From positions 736,001 through 800,000 of the forward strand of contig OZ250165.1 in the NCBI GenBank assembly GCA_965238005.1: DNA of 64,000 bases. The letters are read 5' to 3'. The position numbers and the translations under genes were made by a program. The notes beneath the pieces are model-generated. The model worked only from the letters and a program-made list of their open reading frames with translations. It searched no databases and was not told the origin of the DNA. Below, piece by piece: positions 10,160 to 20,043 of the stretch (its first letter is position 1; each line of letters starts with the position of its first letter). The stretch is from Longimicrobiales bacterium (lineage in GTDB: Bacteria > Gemmatimonadota > Gemmatimonadetes > Longimicrobiales > Gaopeijiaceae).

Positions 10160-10933
10160 ATGATGGATAACACCCTGACCCTGACCCTGGCCCTTGACGG
10201 GCAAGTAACCCTTGATGATTTCGCAAGGGCTATCAGCCGTTTTCACGGCATAGTTGTGGCATTATCTAGGGATATCCCCGGCACCGAAACGATTACCTGG
10301 GAAGTGTCAGACCTTCAGGTCGGAAGTGCTATTGCCGACGTGACGGGACATGGGCCAAGCTCCGATGTTGAGCTGGTTGTTCGAGAATACGAACGGCTGG
10401 GCGAGGAATTGGAAAGGCGCGGACCACTCAACTTCTCTCCCGCCGTCCAAGCGGAAGCAAGGGGCTTAGTGGAGCTCATTAACGGTCGCATTGAAGCTAT
10501 TCGCATGGAGACAGCGCACCAGGATCATTTAATCGGAGGCGGCGAACTACCCGAAGTCGGAGTACCTGAGGTTCTAGAGTTCCCACGTTCGGCCCTTGGG
10601 GCGATCCAGGGCACCATAGAGACCCTATCTCGCCGAGGGGGGCTGAAGTTCACCCTTTACGACTTGATGCACAAGCGAGCGATTTCCTGCCACCTCCCAC
10701 CGGGAAGCGAGGGCGTGATGAGGGACGCCTGGGGAAAGAATGCAACCGTACATGGTATCGTGCGGAGAGACCCTGCGACGGGGCGACCAACCTCCATCCG
10801 CGAAGTCTCCAAGGTGGAAACCGTTCCCGAAAGCGGGCCAGGAGATTGGCGACTGGCCGAGGGTGCCGCAGTTCGTCGCCCGGGCGACGAACTGTCCCCC
10901 GAAGATGCGATTCGGCTGATCCGGGATGCCTGA
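10160..10933 (+). CDS. Hypothetical protein, probable partner/antitoxin of the downstream PIN protein
   Basis: 257-aa ORF overlapping the PIN gene start by 8 nt; lies inside the IS. Confidence 0.7.
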   Translation: MMDNTLTLTLALDGQVTLDDFARAISRFHGIVVALSRDIPGTETITWEVSDLQVGSAIADVTGHGPSSDVELVVREYERLGEELERRGPLNFSPAVQAEARGLVELINGRIEAIRMETAHQDHLIGGGELPEVGVPEVLEFPRSALGAIQGTIETLSRRGGLKFTLYDLMHKRAISCHLPPGSEGVMRDAWGKNATVHGIVRRDPATGRPTSIREVSKVETVPESGPGDWRLAEGAAVRRPGDELSPEDAIRLIRDA

Positions 10934-11402
10934 CAGCCCACAACGCATCTACTGGGATGCGTGTGTCTTCCTGTCGTTTATTGAGGGACACCCCGACCGC
11001 TCTAAGGCGATTCGGACTTGGCTAGAAAAGGCGGAAAAGGGGAAGGTCGTGATCGTGACTTCCACCCTTTCAATTGTGGAAGTCGCATTTGGCAAGCAGG
11101 AAAAAGATCGAGGCGCGCTGATCCCGGAGGAGGAAGCCAAGATCAACCACCTTTGGACGCCTGAATCGCCCGTGGCGCTGGCTGAGTTTCACACAAGCAT
11201 AGCGCTTGAGGCCCGACGTTTGATGCGGGATGCGATGGCCTCGGAAATTGGGCTGAAACCGGCAGATGCGATCCACCTGGCGACGTGCCGAAACTTGGGA
11301 ATTGATGAATTTCATACCTACGACGGGAAGCTTGGCGGGGCCGCTGGAATTTCCCAACTCACGATTACCGAGCCCTCTCTTGAGCAGGGAGAGTTATTCT
11401 AG
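10926..11402 (+). CDS. PIN-domain (VapC-like) ribonuclease
   Basis: IYWDACVF, STLSIVEV, LKPADAIHLAT, FHTYD acidic PIN motifs. Confidence 0.88.
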   Translation: MPDSPQRIYWDACVFLSFIEGHPDRSKAIRTWLEKAEKGKVVIVTSTLSIVEVAFGKQEKDRGALIPEEEAKINHLWTPESPVALAEFHTSIALEARRLMRDAMASEIGLKPADAIHLATCRNLGIDEFHTYDGKLGGAAGISQLTITEPSLEQGELF

Positions 11403-11653
11403 CCCTGCTTCTCTTTGCTCCACCTAGCCCTGGCTGCTTTCTGGGCGATCTCCCGCTTCCGCTCTGGCGAAAGCGCCTCGGCCCTCGCCTTACCACCCTT
11501 GAGGCCCCCGAGACGCCCCAGCGCGACCGCAGCGGGATTCTTCGCGGGTATTGTCTCGGGTTCATCTTCGGCGGTAGCTTGCTGGACTACATCGAATGCG
11601 ATGACGTTGGGGTCGTCTTCGTCGGGTCTTTTCTTGCTTGAGCGCTTGGGCAT
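11399..11653 (-). CDS. Small basic protein with KGG-type motif
   Basis: KNPAAVALGRLGGLKGGKARAEALSPERKREIAQKAARARW. Confidence 0.8.
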   Translation of the reverse strand: MPKRSSKKRPDEDDPNVIAFDVVQQATAEDEPETIPAKNPAAVALGRLGGLKGGKARAEALSPERKREIAQKAARARWSKEKQG

Positions 11654-11757
11654 ACCTGAAAGCTAGCGCGTAGGGGCCACCCGGTGTCAACCCCTTCGAC
11701 CCCCTCTCGGATTTCAAACTGACCCACTACCTTGCCGTACGCCATCTTGACACATGG

Positions 11758-11905
11758 CTATTGCCGTCCGATCATCCACGGCTCGTCGTTCCAGGCGTTG
11801 AAGATCGGCCTGCCGCTGCCGGTCGCCCTCTCCAGCGCACGGCGGTTCGCTCCGCCCCGGATGGAGTTGGTCGCGACCAGGCCGACCCGCTTCGCGGCCG
11901 CCTGA
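11758..11905 (-). pseudogene. Fragment of MmeI-like type IIG/IIL DNA methyltransferase
   Basis: RVGLVATNSIRGGANRRALER...IFNAWNDEPW; no intact flanking ORF. Confidence 0.65.
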
Positions 11906-12173
11906 GTCCGCTCTGGATATCGCCGCACACTTCCTTGAGCAACCGGACATCCCCCTGGAGAATGGCCTACTCGATCCGGGCGATCTCCAGCTGACCTCCG
12001 CGTCGAACTCCGAAGGGCGGGTTCTCGAGCCCAGTTGTCAAGCATCGTCCGTTGCCGATGCCGGGAGCGATGTCTTCACGGGACGGCACGCGTGGCGATT
12101 GTCTCGCAGTGAGGTATGCCGCAAGCGAGCGCGGGACATCGATGCCACGGCACGACCGAACAGTAGCGAGCCG

Positions 12174-15100
12174 CTACTGCGGCTTTCCACCGCCCAGGAT
12201 GTCATCCACATCGCGATCCCTCGCGCCAAGCACATCACGAAAACGAAGCCTCAGTTGCGCTGTGAGGCGCTTAAGACCAAGAGACTCGAGCACTGCCCGG
12301 AGATGGTCATCGGAGCCAGATTCGAACCCCTCATCTTGCGACAGCTGGCGTGCCATGAGCTGAAGCTCGCTCTGCGGAATCTCATTGAAGGTGCGGGGGC
12401 CACGCTCGCGAAGCACGGTTGCAGGCGTACCCGTGATGCGCACGATCGAGTAGACGAGGCCCCCGGTGCCGGACTCGTCCTCCTTGGCGACTCGACCTTT
12501 TCGAATGGCGTGCTGGAGCGCCCTGTTCATGGATCGCTTGAGTTCGCCACCCATTCGGGCGATGCCAATGCCACGCAGGTAGAGGTTGTAGGATCGCTTG
12601 GCTAGCATCGGACCCTCTGTATCGATGATGCGGCAAAGCCCTTCGGCAACCTGGGCGGGTGTGGAGTGCCGCGGGTCCGGGCCAGCTGGTCCCTCGAATG
12701 CGACGTAGGGTACCGCTCTAATTGGGACAGGCGTGACCGGGTCACGGTTTGTAGGCAGCGGCCGGTTCTCGGGATAGGAGGTCGGTTCCGGTTCCTCCTG
12801 GGGCTCGTCCATAGCCTCGGGGGCAGCCGGCTTCGGGTCAGTGCCGTGCGTGGGCGTTGGCGAGGCTTCGTCAGGGGAACGTGTAACCGTAGGTACCACC
12901 TCGATCAACTCAGGGGATGGCGGCTGACCATCCGAAGGCTTATCGAGATCGGCTTCCGTTCGCCTCTCCGGGCCTCTCGACTTCGGTCGCGGCGGGGCTG
13001 CGGCTGAGTCATCGATGCCGCCGGGCCGGATGCCGAGGCGATCGAGTTCTGCCCACACGGGCTCCATGGCCTTTTCGCGATCCCGGTAGAAGTCGCTACC
13101 CCGAATTCGGGCGAACTGCCAGCCCGCCCGCTCGAGATCGCGTTGACGCGCCACATCCTGCTCGTAGCGATCGGGGCCATGCCACTCGTCGCCATCACAC
13201 TCTACCGCCAGTCGCCCTTGCATGCCCTCGACGACCAGGTCGATCCGGTAGCGGTGATTCGCCGGGTCGCCCACACACACCTGAGTTCTCACGTGAAATC
13301 CGCGCTCGGTGACGCGCTGGTAGACATGCCGTTCGAACTTTGAGTCGAATCGCTGCTCTTCCGGATCGGTCCTCTTCCGCCCGGGATCGAGCATGTAGCT
13401 GAGGAGCGAATGACGCATGCACTTGTCGCTGAGCAAATCGAGCTCGGCCGTATGGAAGAGCCAGAGCTGGTCTTGGGCGCGGCTGACCGCAACGTTGAAA
13501 CGCTGTCGGGCCGCCTCGTTTGCGAGCACACCGATCCGGTGCTCTCCTGGAGCCGCGACCAAGCTCAGGAAGATCACGTTGCGCTCGTCGCCCTGGAACG
13601 CATAGGCATCGCCGCAAATGAGCCGCCGCTCCACAACCACCTCGGGATCGAGCGCCTGGAGAAGCATGTTCTCGATCAGCTTTGCCTGCGCCTCGCCCTG
13701 GAGACTGATCGCGCCCATGGTCTTGCCGGCGTAACGCGGGTCGTCTATGCAAGCGCAAATCTGCTCGACGATTGCCTCCGCTTCCGGCGGGTTCTGGGCG
13801 TGGTCGGCCTTTCCCCTGCGATATCCGTCAGGCACGTGCCGACGTACGAGTGGTTGAAGCCGACTGGCGGGGTAGGCACGCAGTGGATCGAGGGGCGTAC
13901 CGTTACTGGCGTAACAAAGGTCATTCGAGAACTGGATGATCTCGGGCATGCACCGAAAGTGCTCGCGTAGCACGATGTTCTGATTAAACCGGATCTTCGC
14001 GTTACCGTAGACGCTACTCTGCGGGTAGAGCGCGACCTTGTGCGGGACACCATCCAGAAAGTGCTGTTGCAGGGCAGCGACATCGGCATCGGGAATGCCC
14101 ACGCCCGCGGGGCTGATCTGCTGATCATCACCGACGACGATGATCTTCTTGGAGATATAGAAGAGAAACAGGCTCTCGATACCCAGCTGGCTGGCCTCAT
14201 CGACGATAACAAGGTCGTAGAGACCCGGCGAAGGGTCGATCATTTCGGCCACAAGATACCGCGGCATGATCCAAATCGGGATCGCCTTGCGGCAGTCATC
14301 CATGTAGTTGCGTGCCTCCCGCCTAAGACGTGCTATCCTTGCAGATTTCCCTGTGGCCTTGCCCATCGCGCGCACCGCCTCGCGCCAGCCTTTGAGCGCA
14401 TTGCGTTCGCGCGGGGAGAGGCGCTTGAAGAAGTCCTTCCAGGCCCGGAGGGAAGCAGCTTTTGCGACGCGTCCGCTCTTCGAAACCTCTGCCTCGTGAC
14501 GCCTTCGCCAGAGCTCCTGCTGGTAGTTGAAGTCGGACCGCTTCTTGAGCCAGCCGTCAGCCCACGCCCAGCGCCAGGCCTCCTCCCAATGGGAGAGCCG
14601 ATCATCCCAGACCGGCTCGTTGAGGCTTGCCTCGACTTCCTCCACCAAGCTAGGTGCAGCCAGCCTGATCGCGGTCTCGATTCGAGCGCGTTCCGACTGG
14701 GCCACCCGCGCCCGTTCGATCGCAACTACATGCTCGTGACATTGGCTGTAGGCTGTCACGTCTCGCGCGGCTATCGCCTCGAGGAGCGAGTCCACGACAG
14801 GGTGGACGTCATGCAGCCCGCGAAGTCGCGCCAGGGGCTGGCCGCATGCTGCGACTTGCCGTTCTGCCTCGTCCAGCTCCTCGTCGATGCCCGCGCCGAC
14901 GATGAGATCGACCCACCGCAGCGCTTCTCCATCGAGCCAGTTGGGCGTCGGGACCGGGGGGGACTTGCCGGACATGTTCTGGGCAGCGTGGGTACACGCG
15001 TCGCCGTATTCGAGTACATCCGCGAGGGCTGACACCTGCGGTTTCAGATCGAGGAGGCAGAATCTCCGGTCGGCCAGGGTATCAGTGACTCCTATGTCCT

Positions 15101-17462
15101 TCCAGAGGCTCACAAGATCTGCAAACGCGAACTCGAGGTCGAGATCATCGTATACCAAGTCCAGCTTCTGGACGTTGTCGGCGGGTTGTCCGTCGACCAG
15201 AACATCTTTCTTAAGATAGGTTCGTCCCTTGAGTGCTTTTGGCGTGACCAATCCAAGTAACTTCCACTTGCCACCGGCCTGGAGATGTTTGGCCGCGGCC
15301 GCCGCATCCGACCGCACTTTCCGAGGATCGAGCCCTTCGGGGCGGGTCACGACTCGATTGCCGAGACTACGCAACAGAGGCTCAATCTGCTCGATGCGCT
15401 GCCTGCTGAGCTTGAGCAGCGCACGCCACTTTGCGGTGCGACCTACGACCACCTCTCGAAGCGCTGTGCCCAACCACTCAGCCTCAACACCATGGAGAGC
15501 GCGCCGTCGCTCCTCGATGCTCCTGAGATCGTCGGCTAGATTATTTCTCTCGTCGGTCGACAAAGCGCGAATCGGCGAGAAGGCTGGGTGCGGTCGGAGC
15601 GCGTCCACCTGCTCGGTGCTGCGCGTTCGTGCTGTAGCCTCTTTCGAGACGATGCCCCCGAAGTCCGCCGGAGCAGTGAGAGTGGCACTGTCCGGGATCT
15701 GGAGTGTCGAGGCCGCGACCTCCTCGTCCGAGTACCGCCTGCGAATCTCCAGCCATCTGGCTGCCTCGGCATTCGAGATCGTCGGATGATTCGTCGCATC
15801 CCGTGCCAACCGGAGCCACCCAAAGATCTCGCGCTCGGCGGCGACCCGGGCTGCGATATTCGAGGCCGTGCCTTCGTATGTGCCATCGAGCAGCGGATGT
15901 GAGAGCGTCTCGTATTCGCGCAGGCTTCGGATCTCCGAGTCGATCCTGGCGAGACGCCTCCGGGCCTCGTCGATCTCACGATCGATCTCGACGATCCTGT
16001 CATCATATGAGCCCGGGGAGTATGAGGCTTGCCGGTTTGTGATTCCCTGCACGGCGGTGTTAAGCTCCGCGAATGCGTCTCCGCCGTGCCCAAGCAAGCT
16101 GACGCACAAGGGTTGGATTTCCTTAGGGAGCATGCGCTTGAGAACCTGGAGGGCGCGCCCCGTCTCCGCCGTGATGAGTACTCGCTTCCCCGTGGCGAGC
16201 AGGTGGCACATGAGGTTCGCGATGGTGTGGCTCTTGCCGGTGCCGGGTGGACCCTGAACCAGCACTCCTTGATTGCAGTCGATCGCATCGACGATACGCC
16301 GCTGCTCGCGGTTGGCCGGCAACGGGAAATAGGCCTCTGACGGTGACGGCGTGCTCCCACTATGCGTTCCATCGTGGCCATGGTGCCCCGAAGGCTTCCC
16401 ACCTCCATCTCCCCAGTCGTCATCAGTCAGCTCGCCCCAGCCGCGGGGCACTTCGCCTTCTTCGTCCTCAAGGTTCTGGATCAGTTTCTCGTAGATGCGG
16501 ACCATGCCAGTCTGGAGGCGTTTGCGAAGGATCAGTGCCGGCGCGAAGCTCATGACTGGGTCATTTCCAGTTGACGGCTTGGCGCTGAGTCCCTCGGACC
16601 AGACCGTGTCGGGGCTTAGTGCCCCCGCCCAGGTCTTGAGCGGAGCATGGATGAGCGACTTGTCCCAGATCGCGTCACCCACCTCCTCAAGCTGCGCTTC
16701 GACCACGTCATAGTTTGATCGATCAGGTCGGAGTTCGGCCTCGAGCATGTCGTCTTCGACACGCAGGTTCGCCCCTTCACCGGGGGCGCCTACGCGAATG
16801 ACGCCCCTGCCTGGGTCAAAGGTCAACTCGACCTGCCCGACCACCGCGTGCCGGCGAATCGGAATCGACTTATTACCGCTCTTAGCTCGCCAGTCCATCA
16901 GGCCTAGCCCGAGGACGACCTCGACGATCTCGCTCTGCTTTTGCAACTGCGAATAAAGACTGAAGAGCTTCGCATAGATGTTCTGCACCGCCTCGCGACG
17001 GCGATGGTCGGCTGCCCAGGCTTCCCACTTCGGCCGGAAGGCCCGATACGCCTCGACGACTTCGGGGTAGTCCTCCAGTGGTCGCTCGACGAGCGGCGGT
17101 GTCTCGCCCTCCTCCAGATCGAGTTCGGTATCTTCCTCGAGGATGCTCGGGCGCAGTGGCGTAATACTCGGAGTAGCCCTGCGGAGGACCTCTGCGTCGA
17201 CCCATTTCGCGATCATGTCGGGTGGCTCTGGCGGCCTCTCGAACTCCTGCTTGCGGACCTCGAGCCAGGGCTCTTCCAGATCGTAGTCGTCGGTCCAGGC
17301 ACCACTGTGGCAGTCCGCGTCTTGCGGCATCTCGTCGAACCAGAGCACAGAATCGTACTTGGCTACATCGCGAACGGTCGTACTGCGAAGACCAACGAAC
17401 TCTTTCAAGTACCGCGCGAGTCGCAGCGCGGGACTCTCGATGTTGTTACTGTCCGTGCTCAA
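12174..17462 (-). CDS. Large SF1 (Upf1/DNA2-like) helicase with C-terminal Vsr/DUF559-like nuclease
   Basis: QGPPGTGKSHT, VIVDEASQ, VGDDQQI, LREHFRC, FQGDER, RFNVAVSRA, then FDSKFE...YRIDLVV...VECDGDEWH...RQRDLERAGW. Likely TTG start at 17462 after GGAG. Confidence 0.9.
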   Translation of the reverse strand: MSTDSNNIESPALRLARYLKEFVGLRSTTVRDVAKYDSVLWFDEMPQDADCHSGAWTDDYDLEEPWLEVRKQEFERPPEPPDMIAKWVDAEVLRRATPSITPLRPSILEEDTELDLEEGETPPLVERPLEDYPEVVEAYRAFRPKWEAWAADHRRREAVQNIYAKLFSLYSQLQKQSEIVEVVLGLGLMDWRAKSGNKSIPIRRHAVVGQVELTFDPGRGVIRVGAPGEGANLRVEDDMLEAELRPDRSNYDVVEAQLEEVGDAIWDKSLIHAPLKTWAGALSPDTVWSEGLSAKPSTGNDPVMSFAPALILRKRLQTGMVRIYEKLIQNLEDEEGEVPRGWGELTDDDWGDGGGKPSGHHGHDGTHSGSTPSPSEAYFPLPANREQRRIVDAIDCNQGVLVQGPPGTGKSHTIANLMCHLLATGKRVLITAETGRALQVLKRMLPKEIQPLCVSLLGHGGDAFAELNTAVQGITNRQASYSPGSYDDRIVEIDREIDEARRRLARIDSEIRSLREYETLSHPLLDGTYEGTASNIAARVAAEREIFGWLRLARDATNHPTISNAEAARWLEIRRRYSDEEVAASTLQIPDSATLTAPADFGGIVSKEATARTRSTEQVDALRPHPAFSPIRALSTDERNNLADDLRSIEERRRALHGVEAEWLGTALREVVVGRTAKWRALLKLSRQRIEQIEPLLRSLGNRVVTRPEGLDPRKVRSDAAAAAKHLQAGGKWKLLGLVTPKALKGRTYLKKDVLVDGQPADNVQKLDLVYDDLDLEFAFADLVSLWKDIGVTDTLADRRFCLLDLKPQVSALADVLEYGDACTHAAQNMSGKSPPVPTPNWLDGEALRWVDLIVGAGIDEELDEAERQVAACGQPLARLRGLHDVHPVVDSLLEAIAARDVTAYSQCHEHVVAIERARVAQSERARIETAIRLAAPSLVEEVEASLNEPVWDDRLSHWEEAWRWAWADGWLKKRSDFNYQQELWRRRHEAEVSKSGRVAKAASLRAWKDFFKRLSPRERNALKGWREAVRAMGKATGKSARIARLRREARNYMDDCRKAIPIWIMPRYLVAEMIDPSPGLYDLVIVDEASQLGIESLFLFYISKKIIVVGDDQQISPAGVGIPDADVAALQQHFLDGVPHKVALYPQSSVYGNAKIRFNQNIVLREHFRCMPEIIQFSNDLCYASNGTPLDPLRAYPASRLQPLVRRHVPDGYRRGKADHAQNPPEAEAIVEQICACIDDPRYAGKTMGAISLQGEAQAKLIENMLLQALDPEVVVERRLICGDAYAFQGDERNVIFLSLVAAPGEHRIGVLANEAARQRFNVAVSRAQDQLWLFHTAELDLLSDKCMRHSLLSYMLDPGRKRTDPEEQRFDSKFERHVYQRVTERGFHVRTQVCVGDPANHRYRIDLVVEGMQGRLAVECDGDEWHGPDRYEQDVARQRDLERAGWQFARIRGSDFYRDREKAMEPVWAELDRLGIRPGGIDDSAAAPPRPKSRGPERRTEADLDKPSDGQPPSPELIEVVPTVTRSPDEASPTPTHGTDPKPAAPEAMDEPQEEPEPTSYPENRPLPTNRDPVTPVPIRAVPYVAFEGPAGPDPRHSTPAQVAEGLCRIIDTEGPMLAKRSYNLYLRGIGIARMGGELKRSMNRALQHAIRKGRVAKEDESGTGGLVYSIVRITGTPATVLRERGPRTFNEIPQSELQLMARQLSQDEGFESGSDDHLRAVLESLGLKRLTAQLRLRFRDVLGARDRDVDDILGGGKPQ

Positions 17463-17834
17463 GCTGCGGCTCCGTAGACCTGATGCTGATGGATCTAGCT
17501 CTAGTGGTAGTGAGTGTCCCCGCCCATCCCGGTTTCGCTCTGCAGCTGAACCACCATAGCGTGAAGGGGCGGAGAGCTCATCTGAGGGTACGGTGGAACT
17601 GGAGGCCGGGGTACCATCTATCGATGGCCGAACACATTCCGTGCCAGATTCTGACCAAAATCTAATACACTTGACTGGAGGAGGCATCGGGGGGGCTCGC
17701 GACTTGGCTGATCTCCCGTTGGAGCGTGGGGCCGGGGCTGGAATCCGACCAAAGGCAGCCAGCGGCAGCGCTGATGCCGACAGGGGTTGGTGCCGCGCGC
17801 GCGAGTAACCGCTCTTGGGACGTCGTCTGGTTGG

Positions 17835-17941
17835 CCCATCGGTACACCGACCTGTTCGGGCGCCGACACCGGGCCATGGACGACCGGGCAGCCTACTTGG
17901 CCGGTGAGCGTCGAGACCCGGAGGCCGGTCCGGTTCGTTGA
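17835..17941 (+). pseudogene. Integrase C-terminal relic
   Basis: TDLFGRRHRAMDDRAAYLAGERRDPEAGPVR* matches the ends of the intact integrases. Confidence 0.75.
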
Positions 17942-18783
17942 TCCGCCGCGCTCCCGGCGGCGTTCGCCGTTATTCGGTCACTCAGTTCGTCGAGGAACCC
18001 GGACAGGGTCAGGCCGAATGCACCAGCGAACCTGGTCGCCGCATCGACAGTCAGGCGCACTTCCTTTTTCTCCAATCGCCGCACATGCCTCTCTGATAGC
18101 CCCGGAATCTCTGTCTGCTTCAGCCGCCGATCATTTCTCATGTCAAGTAGGACCAGTGACATTTTCTCCATCTGGTACCGGCGAATTTCCACATCAGCCA
18201 GATACATGGGATCCACGGCCTGTAGCATCTGAGACGCACCCATATGTACATTCTGGTCAGGCCAATACAAATAGGAACCGGCCGAATCAATCACGAACTG
18301 GCTGAGCACTGCTGGCTCAAACCCTCTTACTTTCGGCAGTTGACTGATCGGAAACTTCCGTGCGCTCATGTCTCCAAGGACGGCAACGAGAGACTCCTCA
18401 ATGACATATGCGTCGAGGATGCCCTCCCACGGAGCCGGTCTCGTAAGCGCGATGACCAGACGTTTCACAACCGAAGGATCCCGGCACACTTGCAGCCGCT
18501 GATCCGGCTTATGAAGTCGAAGTGTCGAGGCGAGTCGAAGTATCGCCTGCTCCGGCACGTCTAAGACAACCAGGTAGCGTGTCTCCGTATCCACCCACTT
18601 CGGCAACCTGACTCGCTCCGGACCCATTAGCTCACTTGCTTGAGCCACGACCAGGCTCTGCTCTGTTCCAGTGTGGGGCGTCGTAGATAGCTGTCTCGCC
18701 AGAGAGCGAAACTCGGCGTCGGGCAAGCAATCTTCCACCGTCCCGCAAAAGGCAATGTGGCTGAATGGATTTGCGTCACTCAT
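17893..18783 (-). CDS. DUF2442-like + XRE HTH protein (putative antitoxin)
   Basis: IDSAGSYLYWPDQNVHMG resembles DUF2442; C-terminal HTH GLSERHVRRLEK; ATGA overlap with the DUF4160 gene. Confidence 0.65.
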   Translation of the reverse strand: MSDANPFSHIAFCGTVEDCLPDAEFRSLARQLSTTPHTGTEQSLVVAQASELMGPERVRLPKWVDTETRYLVVLDVPEQAILRLASTLRLHKPDQRLQVCRDPSVVKRLVIALTRPAPWEGILDAYVIEESLVAVLGDMSARKFPISQLPKVRGFEPAVLSQFVIDSAGSYLYWPDQNVHMGASQMLQAVDPMYLADVEIRRYQMEKMSLVLLDMRNDRRLKQTEIPGLSERHVRRLEKKEVRLTVDAATRFAGAFGLTLSGFLDELSDRITANAAGSAADQRTGPASGSRRSPAK

Positions 18784-19037
18784 TCGCTCTGACTCCGCTC
18801 CCATTCTGCGAACAATTCCGCGCGGTGCGCAGCGGCCAGCTCCAAGATTTCCCTCACCTTGCTCGTGGAAACGTGTCTCACTTCAAACTTCACGTCATAC
18901 TGCGGAGGCTCCTGTAGGAAGTACACACGAATCTCCCACGCGTCCACGACTCCTGCGTGAAAGTGCGGCGGTCCGTGGTCACCAGTATGAAACCAAAATC
19001 GACACCCAGTTAGTTCAAACGCCTGAAGCAGCCCCAA
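18780..19037 (-). CDS. DUF4160-family protein (putative toxin)
   Basis: FWFHTGDHGPPHFH...ELFAEWE. Confidence 0.8.
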   Translation of the reverse strand: MGLLQAFELTGCRFWFHTGDHGPPHFHAGVVDAWEIRVYFLQEPPQYDVKFEVRHVSTSKVREILELAAAHRAELFAEWERSQSE

Positions 19038-19065
19038 GAGCTACCTCCAGGTGAACGCGACAGCT

Positions 19066-19293
19066 TCACCCTTCCGGTGGGTAGGAATCGCGGCCATATG
19101 TGTTCTTCTCCCGAATTTTCCCATCACGTCCATGGATCAACAGCTCAGACCGTTGATTCTTCGCGATGGAGCGCGCCTTCTTGATGGCTTCCTGTTGCGT
19201 GTCAAATACTTTTGTTGCTTTCCGACTACCTGCACCCTTGACGGCCCATCCATCCTTGGCTGGGACAACGTGCTGGTTACGCTTCTTGGCCAT
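19066..19293 (-). CDS. DUF2188-family protein
   Basis: QHVVP..GWAVKG...FDTQQEAI..AR.IA...ELLIHGRDGKIRE. Confidence 0.9.
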   Translation of the reverse strand: MAKKRNQHVVPAKDGWAVKGAGSRKATKVFDTQQEAIKKARSIAKNQRSELLIHGRDGKIREKNTYGRDSYPPEG

Positions 19294-19708
19294 GTGGTCT
19301 CCCTCCTCTACGCCTTATGCCGGACACGCAAATAGAGTAACCGCTATATTATGTCCGATCAAGGCATCAGAGGGCCTGCTGGGTCACCATCGTGCGGACC
19401 TCCGCACGTGTCTCACAGTGGAAAGTCGCTCTTGCAGCCTCATTCAAGACTGCTACCTCGGTTCGCAGCTCGTGTCGGCCAGAAACTCTGGCCACTGCTC
19501 GCCTGCTTCGCCATGTAGCGCCTCGACCCAGCTCCCCGGAGGGTGGTCTTGAAGGCCGACCGAGGAAGGTCCATGCCGATCAGGAGGCGCACTTCAGACA
19601 CTGAGGCGCATGTGCACCGGAGGGCTGTTTCCGGATGTGGTTGGTGTGACTTAAGTTACGGGATACCAGCACGAGCGGCCGGCCGTCTCTGATGGTCTCG
19701 GGGCAAAA

Positions 19709-19802
19709 CGGGAGCGACCCCCGATCTCGGCATGCCTCGATCGGCATCGGGGAGGGACGGCATGTGCACGCCATGCCACCCTCCCCGACGGGGTCGCTCC
19801 CG
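19709..19802. repeat. Cis cassette bounded by GGGAGCGACCC IR (type 2)
   Basis: 13-bp IR with internal hairpins; its reverse complement aligns with 43365-43457. Confidence 0.8.
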
Positions 19803-19949
19803 ATCCATCAGTCCCTTACGGGAAGGCCACCGAGCGCCGCTGAGAGCGCGGCGGATCAACGGGCCGATCCGGCGATCAGCCGTCAGCGCACCGGCAGGGG
19901 GGCGGGGGGCGAGCCCCCGCCCGCGAGCTCCGCCGCAGTGCGGGCGTCC

Positions 19950-20040
19950 TTCGGGATCGAAGGGGCGGAGCCCCTCGCCAGCCCCTTTGTGGGTACAAAG
20001 GGTATGCTGGCTCATGACAGGTAACGGGTCATGAGCCAGC
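19950..20040. other. oriT-like site of element B plus 13-bp hairpin below the integrase stop
   Basis: CCCTTTGT-GGGT-ACAAAGGG hairpin, then TATGCTGG/CTCA; IR GCTGGCTCATGAC...GTCATGAGCCAGC. Confidence 0.6.
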
Positions 20041-20043
20041 GCC

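Larger units (their letters stand above)
9199..11731. mobile_element. IS1-family element carrying three passenger genes
   Basis: Terminal IR GGTAGTGGGTCAGTTT at both ends; 8-bp TSD TTGCCGTA at 9191-9198 and 11732-11739. Confidence 0.93.
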
